DNA from: an uncultured virus (IMG/VR IMGVR_UViG_2576861536_000004)
Taxonomy: Duplodnaviria; Heunggongvirae; Uroviricota; Caudoviricetes
Virus record (IMG/VR): IMGVR_UViG_2576861536_000004
Direction: 5' to 3' (one strand)
Length of the DNA: 20,000 nt
The position numbers were made by a program, and so were the translations under genes. The notes under the pieces are model-generated. The model made no database searches. It saw only the letters and a program-made list of their open reading frames with translations, and had not been told where the DNA came from. This document shows positions 7,243 to 15,766 of this stretch, piece after piece (the stretch's first letter is position 1; each line of letters opens with the position of its first letter).

Positions 7243-10200
7243 ATGGGACTATTTGACGACATTACCGATAACGACCTGCGGCGTATCGCCGCCTTGGTCG
7301 CACCTATTATCAAGAGCGACGCCATTCAGGTGAACCGGCTTCCTGTAGCGGAATCCATTGATGGCTTGTATACCCTTCCGGCCGTTGAGCAGAAAGGCGG
7401 CATCATCCGTACCGTGTCCGCTCCTGTATCTCTATTGAAGGGAAAAAACGGAGACAAAGGCGATAGCCTCGAGTTCGTGATCCTGGGTAACTACCCGACC
7501 TTATCAGCCCTCCAGTCCGCTTACCCCAACGGGCCTGACCGTAACGGCCTGTTTAAAGTGGGAGACACCCTGTACACATGGACAGGAGACAAATTTGAAC
7601 CCCTGAACATTGACGTGCTCCGTACCTTCTCGCTTGAACAGTTTACCGAAGTCCTTCCGGTGGATGGACATATTATGATTGATCACGCTAAAACCCCTTA
7701 CGCTAAGGTGACCTTGTCCGGAGACAACCGTATCTTTAACCTTTCTGTTAACAACACGAAAGACGGCAGTACCGGCAAGATCCTTGTTTTTCAGACAGGT
7801 TTCAAACAAATCTCCCTGCCCGAAGGTATCAGGGGTACGGTAGACCTCCCGTTGAACGCCGATACCATCGCGCTTTTGACTTATAACCGTCTGGGCGATA
7901 CGGTCTACATACACAGTAACACGGTACTGGGTGACGTGCAGTTCCCGACCCCGCAGCGTATCGAAGACTTCCAGACGGTCTATTATGACAACTCCGTCTG
8001 TGTATTGCAATGGTCAGCTCCCTGGGCAAACAATATCTACGATAAGGCCACGGAGTACGACATGCGCTACTCCAATACCCCCGTAGACGCTGACGATCCG
8101 ATAGTCTGGGCCGGCATGAAGAAAGTCACCGGTCTTCCCGCTCCTGAGTCTTACCCGCAGGAACAGCGTTTCAGCCTTACCGGACTGGATGCCGGCAACG
8201 AATATTACATCTATCTGAAGAGTATCAAGGTAAACTACGGTATCCGTTACACTTCTGTAGCCAGTGACCCGGCCTACTGCCGTACCCGTGGCGTGGACGC
8301 TGATGAAGAAGGATATTACCGCATCGATCTGGATGCCCGCATGCTTTCGCCCCGTACCCATGACACGGTCGTGGACGGTTCCGGCAATCCCTGCCTGATA
8401 GACAACGCCGTTGACGAAAAGGGCAAGGACGTGTTTCTCTATACCGGATATCCGGACATTAACAACCGGAGCTACTCCACCAAATGGCAGCTCCAGTTCA
8501 ATAATAACTTCAACCCTTACCGCCTCGTTATAGACCTGCATGTACCTTGCCTGCTTGACAAACTGTACCTGTACGCCATAGGTGGCAGTACCGGTACCTT
8601 CCGTATCTTCGTAGCTCCTGAAATCGGTGAGTCGGCAGAGTATGCCGCTACGGTGGATTCGCAACATAACCGTTGCGCCGTTGCCGACCTGTCCGGAAAG
8701 ACCGGACGACTGATCCTGCTTCAATATGACAATGACTATTTCGGTATCAACCAGGATGACGTAACGGAAGGCGGCGAATTTATCCCCACGCAGGCGATCG
8801 GTAACAATATCGGCTTTATCAGCCGGCTGATGGTCTATGGCCGGAAAACGACAGATAAGCCCGCCTCGCTTCTTCCCCCGGTACGTCATCGGTTGGAACG
8901 ACGTACGGTGGACGACTTCTTCAACGTGGTGGGCTGGTTCTATCAGCAAGGCCGGATCATGTCCCTTTGCAGCGGGAAACACGTCAGGCTGTTCGGTTCC
9001 ATCGGCCATTTCCTTCCTAACCTGACCGAGAATCCGGTCCGCCGTGTGGCCGATGTAGCGATACGGGCCAACCAAGTCCCCTGGGTAAGCGGCAACAATG
9101 GTACCGGCGAGAATTTCATCCCCCATCTTCATCATACTTATGAACGCTACGGTCTCAAACCTTTCATCGCTTCCTCCGGCTGGCCCGACATGCTATTTTA
9201 TAAGAATGCCGACGGTAGTCGTCAGAGCGTCAAACCCCTGGACGCTTACTGGCTTCCGGAGAGCTGGCGTCCCCTGCCTTCCAAAGGATTGCGTGGATAC
9301 GAGCGGTATTTTGCACAGACGATGAATCCTGACAATTATAAAACAGTTACGAAACTCTATCACCACCTTGCCGCTGTTTTCGGCCATGGGCAGTCTGATT
9401 TGTCTGATCTCAAGATCTTCCCTTCCAATGATCCAGAGGTATCGGTTAATCTCGACCTGCTGTCCGGTCAGGAGCCCGGCAACGAGGAGGACGGTACCTG
9501 GAAAGGATGGCTGACCATTGCCCAGCCGCAGGAGCTTGCCGCCTGGCTGAGTGCCGTGTATGACGGGCATTGCGGCACGATTATGGATGAAGAAGGTAAT
9601 CCGATCCCCGGTATCAAGGGGGTATCTCCCCAGACGCTTGTCATCGTTCCGGGTATGGCACAGATCAATCCCGGGTATTTCAAGGAGATGTATCTCTGGG
9701 CGAAAGAGAACCGTCCGGACGGGAAGTTTCCGGCAGACGTGCTGAACGTGCATACTTATTTCTCAGATAAGTGGAAACCCGGACATCTGGTCCAGGACCC
9801 CTGCAAAGCTGTCACCCTGGAAGAGATACTCACTTGGAAAGGCGCCATGGGCGACGGGCTGAGTCAAATCGTTGACTTCCGTAACCGTTACCTTCCGGAT
9901 CTGGAAATCTGGATCACGGAGTTCGGCTATGGCGAGTCCGGCGGCGAGAATACCCAGAGCCAGTACCAATGTTATTCCCAGCCCGGCAGATATATCGGCT
10001 CCTGGCTGATTCCGGACCGTCACCGCAGTGAAGTGAAAGGCGCTTGGATACTGCGTGCCGCGCTGACCATGATGCGCATGGGTATCGGCTCCTGCAATTG
10101 CTACGCGATCGAGATGGACAGCTATTTCGGAAACGGGCAGTATGAAGGGGGGGCCGGCTTCGAGATGTTTCGCTGGAATGATTGTACGGATCAGGCTCCG

Positions 10201-13200
10201 GGTGCAAAGGTGGAGGCGATAAAGAAATACATGCACGGTTATGACCGTGGCGGTTTCGCCACGACCGGTATCTTCAACTCCCTCTTGTGGTGCGGCGGAT
10301 ATCCTATCACCCGTTCTTTCTGGTACATTGCCACTTTCCGCAACCGCTTGAAGGGTTATGTCTATACCGGTCAGAAGTATCTGGATGCTGATTCCCGCAT
10401 CATCGTGATGTGCTTCCGTAAAAAAGGAGAGGATAAAGGGGCTTATGTGATCTATTTGAATGATGATCAGAATACGGGCGTCCCTAACGTGAAAGTACCT
10501 CTTCCGGACGGTTCCTCTTCCGTAACCCGGGTGACTACCTATTGTCCCGAGATTCCCAACCCTGAGAATCTTCCGGCAAATCTTGAGTTTGACGAGCCCC
10601 GCACCGGATTCCCGACCACCCGGAGGGAAAGATATGTCAATGGGAAATGGGTGATTCAAAATAGCAAATTCGGCAATACCTATGAATCTTTCGCCCAGGG
10701 TCCGGCTGATTATCCGGAGAATCCGCAGGAAGGCGATGAAGTGTATGTACTTCCCACGCCTGAGGAGAATCCCTATTTCCCGATCTGCGGCCCGGTCGGC
10801 GCCAATGTCACCAAACACCTTCTGAAACCGTCCGCTCAGGAGTACGAATGGATAGACCCGGCTGATCCGGAGTTACCTAATGGCGAACCCAAATGGGGCA
10901 TGAAAGGTAATGTAGCCCTTGCCTGGCGTCAGGTAAATGCTGTCTGTGATTATATCGAATACACCGGAGAGGGACGCCATGGTACCAGTGGTGACGAGAC
11001 GGTCATGGAGCTGACCGGGAATGCCTTCATTGATAACGTTACGGAGTTTCCGGCCTACTACTTTTTTGACGGTATTCCCGAACCGGATTACCGTAGCCGG
11101 GTGACGGATGTCAAAGCTGTTACTATCAATGCCGGTACCGTTAAAATCTTCTGGAATAACGGGAACGGGGAAGATACCGCCTATGAAATTTTCTCTTCAA
11201 AATCAGAGTCTGCCGGTTACTCGCTGCTTAAAACGGTAGATGCCGGCGTTGAAAACGTCGCTGTCCTGAGCGGTCTGGACGCCGATACCGGTTATTACTT
11301 CAAGATTCGAGCGGTCAGCGGAAGTCGTCAGGGAGCATTGAGCGACTCGGCTTTCGCCCGGACCTATCCGCTAATCGCCACACCGGAAAATCTTCGTAGC
11401 GAGGGCAGGACAGCCACTACCATCACCCTCTCCTGGGACTATCCCGCCGGAGCGCTTGCCGATTTCGTCATGTTTGCCCTTTACCGTTCCGGCGTGGACG
11501 GAAGCTATACGCTTGTCGGGAAGGTCGAAGACCTTGCAGCCCGCGTGTTTACAGATACCGGCCTGCTTCCCGGCGTGTCTTATACCTACCGTATGCGTGT
11601 ATTCGCCCTTAACGGGACGAGCGAATATACTCCTGAATTACTTGTCACCACCCTGACCGCCGAACAGAGCGCCCCGGTGGTTTCGGATATCCATACCGAT
11701 AAGTTAGGCAGTAAGATTACAGTTACTTTTGACCTTCCCATGTCCGCTGCCGATGCTTCCGTAAAGGATGCCTTCACGCTGTCTGAGGATGACGCTCCCC
11801 GGCTGGTCCGCAACCTGCTGTCCGATCCGGAAAATCCGAAAAACATAATCCTGTATATCAACCAGGATACCCTTTCAGACTATGACCGGAAAACGGATAT
11901 CCGTCTGTCGTACGCCCGTCCGGATACCCATGCGCTCACTTCGATTTACGGTGTCGCCCTTGAACCGTTCAGCCTGCGTGTTGCAAACAATATCGGCAAT
12001 TTCACTAACCTGCAAGCCACGTTCAAACTGAACCTGTGCGACAGTAATAGCCCGGCTCCCCTGGACGAATATTGGAATAACTTCATAGCTGTCATCTCCG
12101 AGAACACTTCTCCGGTACGTGATAAAATGCCTGCCCTGAAAGACACTTACGGCCGTACATTGCCTGTAGCTGTCGAATCAATAAACGAAGGTATTTATAA
12201 ATGGGGAGGTACGAGCAACAGCAACGGGACCTGCACCCTGCCGGACGTGGAAGAAGCCGTTTATAAAAGTAGCTGGGCGCTTGATTACAGCGCCCTTGTA
12301 ACGGAGAACATCGTCTCCCGCCTGAAGTTTTCCGGCTTGAACCCGGAACATAAATATACTTTCCGGGTGTTCGGGTCTTTCAATAAGTACAACGATACGC
12401 AGGCGGACCAGCCGGCCCGCATCAAGATCAACGGTACCTATTCCAACACCGTAGAAACGGCCAATAACGGGAGTTCGTTCATGGTAATCGAGGATGCCGT
12501 TCCGGACGCTGCCGGAGAACTGAATGTAGACTTCCTGACCCTTCGTGAGGAGCGGGGCGGAAACACCTACTTCAATTTCATGTACATAGAGGAGTATGCC
12601 AGTAGCAGTGAACCGGCAAACAAAGACGTCTGGTTACGTGCCGTAACCATCCCTGCATATCCCGACGGTGTCGTGACGGACGCCGATATCGAACTCTACC
12701 TGAACTGCATCGGCCTTGCCACCCATTACCGTGTTGGTGAAGGTGCACAGGAGGAGCTGGAGTCCGTAGCGTGGGAAGAGATACCCGACACCGGTACGAT
12801 GTTGGTACCTTACCACCTCACTGGTAATTTCGGTGATCGGGTACTGAATATACAGGTGAAAAACGATCTGTACGAAAGCAACATCCGTGATATCTCTATT
12901 ACTTACCGGGACCCGTATGTTCCACTTGTCCTGAAGAACATATACGTCAACGAGGACGCTGCAAAGACTTATTCCCGTTCCGTCCAGGTATTCATCGAGC
13001 GTGATGGTCGTCCTACCCATTACCGTGCCGGGGAAACCTCTGACCTGTCCGGTGTAAACTGGATCACCTGGCCGGCTGATAATCCCGCTTCGGTCCCTTA
13101 TACGCTTTCTGACGGTGCCGGGCAGAAAACAGTCTACCTTCAAGTGAAGGATCACCTTACCGAATCGGCAACCAAGGTTGATACGATCGATTATGTCATC

Positions 13201-15672
13201 CTTCAATATGATGATGTGACGCTGGATGTCACTCTTCCGGCCGGAACGGACACGTCACAGCTTGCCGTTGCTTTCGCTCCTCTTAAATATAACAAGCGTT
13301 TCGCCTATGGGGTGACCTCGGATGACACGCATGTGTCGGCCTGGAGTATTCTATTCAAATACTTTAATGGGCAATGGATCGATAATACAGAGTACTTTCA
13401 TATGTACGATGTAAATGGTAATCTGAATCCGCATATTACGGGTGAATATGCTCCCCGTGCGCTGACTTATACGGATGGCTGTGGTATGGTCCGCCGTTTC
13501 ACCATTAACACATCTAACTGGTATAACCTGAATACAAATAATTTTGATAATGCCGGCGGAACGAAATACCCTTACCTGCTATGGCCGGAGATTGAGGAGA
13601 TGCTTGACTTCGACGGTGGCATGAGCATACATGATGTGCGTGATCCTGCATTTGACAATACTGAACCGGACCATACCGGAGGAACGGTGGAAAATATCAT
13701 CAATGGTGTTGCCGCTGCCAACCGATATGTAAAGGCCCGTATCGGACGTAACCTGATGGTTATTACCCAGCCCGGCAACGATAGCACATACATAACTGCC
13801 GGTGAGATGCTTGACGGTATCCGAATGATTACCAGCGGGCAGTTGGAATTCACCAATCTGAGGAACGAGTCACTGAATGTAAATAAGATAAAATGTGGCC
13901 GTTACTTTTTGGAGAAAGCCTCTTTGGATACTTATAAGAGTGATTTCTTGAAGACGCTTGGTAATATCGGTGACGGTATGTACGGCGAGTTCGGCTGTCA
14001 CGGTGTGGATCGTAACAAGAATGTGGCCGAGTCTTCGAAAACCTGGCCGGCCGTATCCGGCTTTTTTGACTGGCTTTGTGATACGTACGGAGAGAGCGGT
14101 ACGGACGATATGTGGTTTGCCACCTGTGAGGAAGTGGCTCAATACAAAGGGCTCTGTGCCGTAACGGCTATCGAGCATTTTGTTGTGGGTGACCGACTCC
14201 GGATCAACCTGCGTATCCCGAAGCTGGAAGATTTCAACTGGAACGAACTGACGCTGCTGGTCAGCGGCCTGAGTTCCGGAAATGTGACTGAAAGTTCCAA
14301 CGTTCAGGGTCTGAGCTACGGATTTAAAAACGATTATTTTATGATTAACGTAAACATGGATATGACGCTTTCCGCCCGGGCGGAGAAGTATGTGACAAAG
14401 TTCGAGAACGAACCGATCGCTGTAAACAAGGCGGATGCGGAGTATTTCATACAACGTTTAAAACCCGCGCTGCGTGCCCCGTTTGCGGAAAGGATTGCCG
14501 CGGTGACCGCTCCTCCGGTATTGACGTCGTTCGTCATCAACAATGGCGCTGAAGAGACTGAGTCGGATGTGGTTACTTGTACTTTCTCCCGTCCTGCACA
14601 TGCCACGCACTATATGATCTCTGAGAGTTCCGTTTTTGCCGGTGCCGGTTGGCAGGAACTTACCGGATCATCCGTTTCGTTCAATTTGTCCCGGACGTTT
14701 GGCGAACACACCGTTTATTTCAAGGTGAAGAACGCTTTTGGAGAATCTAATGTACTGAATGACACGATCCGTTTCGCACCTCCGGCATTGGTGCTGAATA
14801 GTATCTCTATCAATAATGGAGCTTCGACTACGACGGACAAGAACGTGACGGTCGCTTTCGACTATACCGGCATCGCTACCCATTACCGGATCGGTACGTC
14901 CGCTGACCTGAGCGGTGTAAACTGGACAACATATGGCGAGGGTACCGTCCCTTATGCGCTTGATGATACTTCATTCGGATCGAAGACGTTGTATGCCCAA
15001 TTGAGATCAATCTCCGGGGATGCTTCTGCAGTGATATCCGCTTCCATCAGTCTGAAAGACCCGAATGCCGTGAAACTGGTCGTTTCCTTCTCCGCCGACC
15101 GGAAGAATCCGTATCCTTCGGACGCGAACTATCCGACCGTTAATGGTGAGATCATCAACTATATCGCCTCAAACCGGTATGCGGGTTATGATAATACGCC
15201 ATTGAAGGATACCTCCGGCGGTTTGGTAGGGTATTACATCGCCAAGCACTTGTATCCGGATAATGGTATTACTTACCAACAGGGAGTCAACGAGTTCGCC
15301 GGCGCTACGGCCGATGGCGTTTATCCGGCTATCTATTACAAGAAGTGCCTGACCTCTCAGCGGATTAATACGCCCGACAGCCGTGTAATGTTCCGCTTTA
15401 CGGGGTTACCCCAAGGTAGCTACCGTGTCCGGATTCTTGCCTCTACAAGTGGTGGTAACGAGGTAACTCAGGCAAATTGGGATAAATGCTTCTATATCGC
15501 CAACGGAGTGATACAGACCCTTGGTTATGACCCGGCTAACAATACCAGTCAGTTCGTTGAAATTAGCGGCGTGGTGGTTCCGGCAGACGGTTCACTGGAT
15601 ATCGAGTATTACAATACGATTCCGGCAAATTATCGGCCCTGCCTGAACCTGGTTGAGATTATCAAGGGGTAA
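7243..15672 (+). CDS. Giant modular tail spike/fibre (2809 aa) with putative clan GH-A glycoside hydrolase and polysaccharide deacetylase domains, FN3 x3, CBM-like and Ig-like repeats
   Basis: Uninterrupted ORF. The phage-type N-terminal adaptor has a short GKNGDKGD collagen-like stretch and no signal peptide. FN3 domains lie at about 7945-8286, 11077-11364 and 11368-11652. GH-A motifs: EPGNEED (9472-9492), FPADVLNVHTY, EIWITEFGY (9904-9930). NodB-like motifs: PLKYNKRFAYGVTSDD (TSDD 13315-13326), IHDV, QPGN, CHG, WFATCEEVAQY. It is the last gene before the holin. Confidence 0.8.
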   Translation: MGLFDDITDNDLRRIAALVAPIIKSDAIQVNRLPVAESIDGLYTLPAVEQKGGIIRTVSAPVSLLKGKNGDKGDSLEFVILGNYPTLSALQSAYPNGPDRNGLFKVGDTLYTWTGDKFEPLNIDVLRTFSLEQFTEVLPVDGHIMIDHAKTPYAKVTLSGDNRIFNLSVNNTKDGSTGKILVFQTGFKQISLPEGIRGTVDLPLNADTIALLTYNRLGDTVYIHSNTVLGDVQFPTPQRIEDFQTVYYDNSVCVLQWSAPWANNIYDKATEYDMRYSNTPVDADDPIVWAGMKKVTGLPAPESYPQEQRFSLTGLDAGNEYYIYLKSIKVNYGIRYTSVASDPAYCRTRGVDADEEGYYRIDLDARMLSPRTHDTVVDGSGNPCLIDNAVDEKGKDVFLYTGYPDINNRSYSTKWQLQFNNNFNPYRLVIDLHVPCLLDKLYLYAIGGSTGTFRIFVAPEIGESAEYAATVDSQHNRCAVADLSGKTGRLILLQYDNDYFGINQDDVTEGGEFIPTQAIGNNIGFISRLMVYGRKTTDKPASLLPPVRHRLERRTVDDFFNVVGWFYQQGRIMSLCSGKHVRLFGSIGHFLPNLTENPVRRVADVAIRANQVPWVSGNNGTGENFIPHLHHTYERYGLKPFIASSGWPDMLFYKNADGSRQSVKPLDAYWLPESWRPLPSKGLRGYERYFAQTMNPDNYKTVTKLYHHLAAVFGHGQSDLSDLKIFPSNDPEVSVNLDLLSGQEPGNEEDGTWKGWLTIAQPQELAAWLSAVYDGHCGTIMDEEGNPIPGIKGVSPQTLVIVPGMAQINPGYFKEMYLWAKENRPDGKFPADVLNVHTYFSDKWKPGHLVQDPCKAVTLEEILTWKGAMGDGLSQIVDFRNRYLPDLEIWITEFGYGESGGENTQSQYQCYSQPGRYIGSWLIPDRHRSEVKGAWILRAALTMMRMGIGSCNCYAIEMDSYFGNGQYEGGAGFEMFRWNDCTDQAPGAKVEAIKKYMHGYDRGGFATTGIFNSLLWCGGYPITRSFWYIATFRNRLKGYVYTGQKYLDADSRIIVMCFRKKGEDKGAYVIYLNDDQNTGVPNVKVPLPDGSSSVTRVTTYCPEIPNPENLPANLEFDEPRTGFPTTRRERYVNGKWVIQNSKFGNTYESFAQGPADYPENPQEGDEVYVLPTPEENPYFPICGPVGANVTKHLLKPSAQEYEWIDPADPELPNGEPKWGMKGNVALAWRQVNAVCDYIEYTGEGRHGTSGDETVMELTGNAFIDNVTEFPAYYFFDGIPEPDYRSRVTDVKAVTINAGTVKIFWNNGNGEDTAYEIFSSKSESAGYSLLKTVDAGVENVAVLSGLDADTGYYFKIRAVSGSRQGALSDSAFARTYPLIATPENLRSEGRTATTITLSWDYPAGALADFVMFALYRSGVDGSYTLVGKVEDLAARVFTDTGLLPGVSYTYRMRVFALNGTSEYTPELLVTTLTAEQSAPVVSDIHTDKLGSKITVTFDLPMSAADASVKDAFTLSEDDAPRLVRNLLSDPENPKNIILYINQDTLSDYDRKTDIRLSYARPDTHALTSIYGVALEPFSLRVANNIGNFTNLQATFKLNLCDSNSPAPLDEYWNNFIAVISENTSPVRDKMPALKDTYGRTLPVAVESINEGIYKWGGTSNSNGTCTLPDVEEAVYKSSWALDYSALVTENIVSRLKFSGLNPEHKYTFRVFGSFNKYNDTQADQPARIKINGTYSNTVETANNGSSFMVIEDAVPDAAGELNVDFLTLREERGGNTYFNFMYIEEYASSSEPANKDVWLRAVTIPAYPDGVVTDADIELYLNCIGLATHYRVGEGAQEELESVAWEEIPDTGTMLVPYHLTGNFGDRVLNIQVKNDLYESNIRDISITYRDPYVPLVLKNIYVNEDAAKTYSRSVQVFIERDGRPTHYRAGETSDLSGVNWITWPADNPASVPYTLSDGAGQKTVYLQVKDHLTESATKVDTIDYVILQYDDVTLDVTLPAGTDTSQLAVAFAPLKYNKRFAYGVTSDDTHVSAWSILFKYFNGQWIDNTEYFHMYDVNGNLNPHITGEYAPRALTYTDGCGMVRRFTINTSNWYNLNTNNFDNAGGTKYPYLLWPEIEEMLDFDGGMSIHDVRDPAFDNTEPDHTGGTVENIINGVAAANRYVKARIGRNLMVITQPGNDSTYITAGEMLDGIRMITSGQLEFTNLRNESLNVNKIKCGRYFLEKASLDTYKSDFLKTLGNIGDGMYGEFGCHGVDRNKNVAESSKTWPAVSGFFDWLCDTYGESGTDDMWFATCEEVAQYKGLCAVTAIEHFVVGDRLRINLRIPKLEDFNWNELTLLVSGLSSGNVTESSNVQGLSYGFKNDYFMINVNMDMTLSARAEKYVTKFENEPIAVNKADAEYFIQRLKPALRAPFAERIAAVTAPPVLTSFVINNGAEETESDVVTCTFSRPAHATHYMISESSVFAGAGWQELTGSSVSFNLSRTFGEHTVYFKVKNAFGESNVLNDTIRFAPPALVLNSISINNGASTTTDKNVTVAFDYTGIATHYRIGTSADLSGVNWTTYGEGTVPYALDDTSFGSKTLYAQLRSISGDASAVISASISLKDPNAVKLVVSFSADRKNPYPSDANYPTVNGEIINYIASNRYAGYDNTPLKDTSGGLVGYYIAKHLYPDNGITYQQGVNEFAGATADGVYPAIYYKKCLTSQRINTPDSRVMFRFTGLPQGSYRVRILASTSGGNEVTQANWDKCFYIANGVIQTLGYDPANNTSQFVEISGVVVPADGSLDIEYYNTIPANYRPCLNLVEIIKG
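12622..15054 (+). repeat. Four roughly 90-aa Ig-like protein repeats in two tandem pairs inside the giant ORF
   Basis: Copies at about 12622-12906, 12922-13194, 14512-14775 and 14782-15054 share L..I.IN.GA..T....V......(A/P)THY...E..DLSG..W......VPY.L....G.KTVY.QVK. Confidence 0.85.
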
Positions 15673-15708
15673 ATAAAAATCCGTCCCACCTTCACAGGCG
15701 GGGCGGAT
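15672..15708 (-). terminator. GC-rich hairpin with a U-tract only on the minus strand
   Basis: ATCCGTCCCACCT-TCAC-AGGCGGGGCGGAT (15679-15708). The minus strand continues TTTTATTT, while the plus strand continues AAACTAAA with no U tract. Confidence 0.6.
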
Positions 15709-15732
15709 AAACTAAATCTTTAAAAAACGTTT

Positions 15733-15740
15733 CAAAGATA
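15733..15740 (-). promoter_or_regulatory. Candidate antisense Bacteroidetes -7 element
   Basis: Plus-strand CAAAGATA reads TATCTTTG (TAnnTTTG) on the minus strand, pointing toward the hairpin. The -33 element is not convincingly spaced. Confidence 0.45.
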
Positions 15741-15766
15741 ATATTATTAATCAAATAAAGGAATAG

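Noticed and set aside
5985..14883. Long minus-strand ORFs (for example 5985-6668, 8014-9135, 9763-10818, 12634-13206, 13870-14454)
   Set aside because: They lie entirely opposite strongly supported plus-strand genes, have no recognisable motifs, and are expected shadow ORFs of GC-rich codon usage.
13015..14925. Similar DNA segments in Ig repeats 2 and 4 as a diversity-generating retroelement TR/VR pair
   Set aside because: The mismatches are not confined to adenines, both copies are coding and short, and no reverse transcriptase is in the window. An ancient domain duplication explains them. A DGR elsewhere in the phage cannot be excluded.
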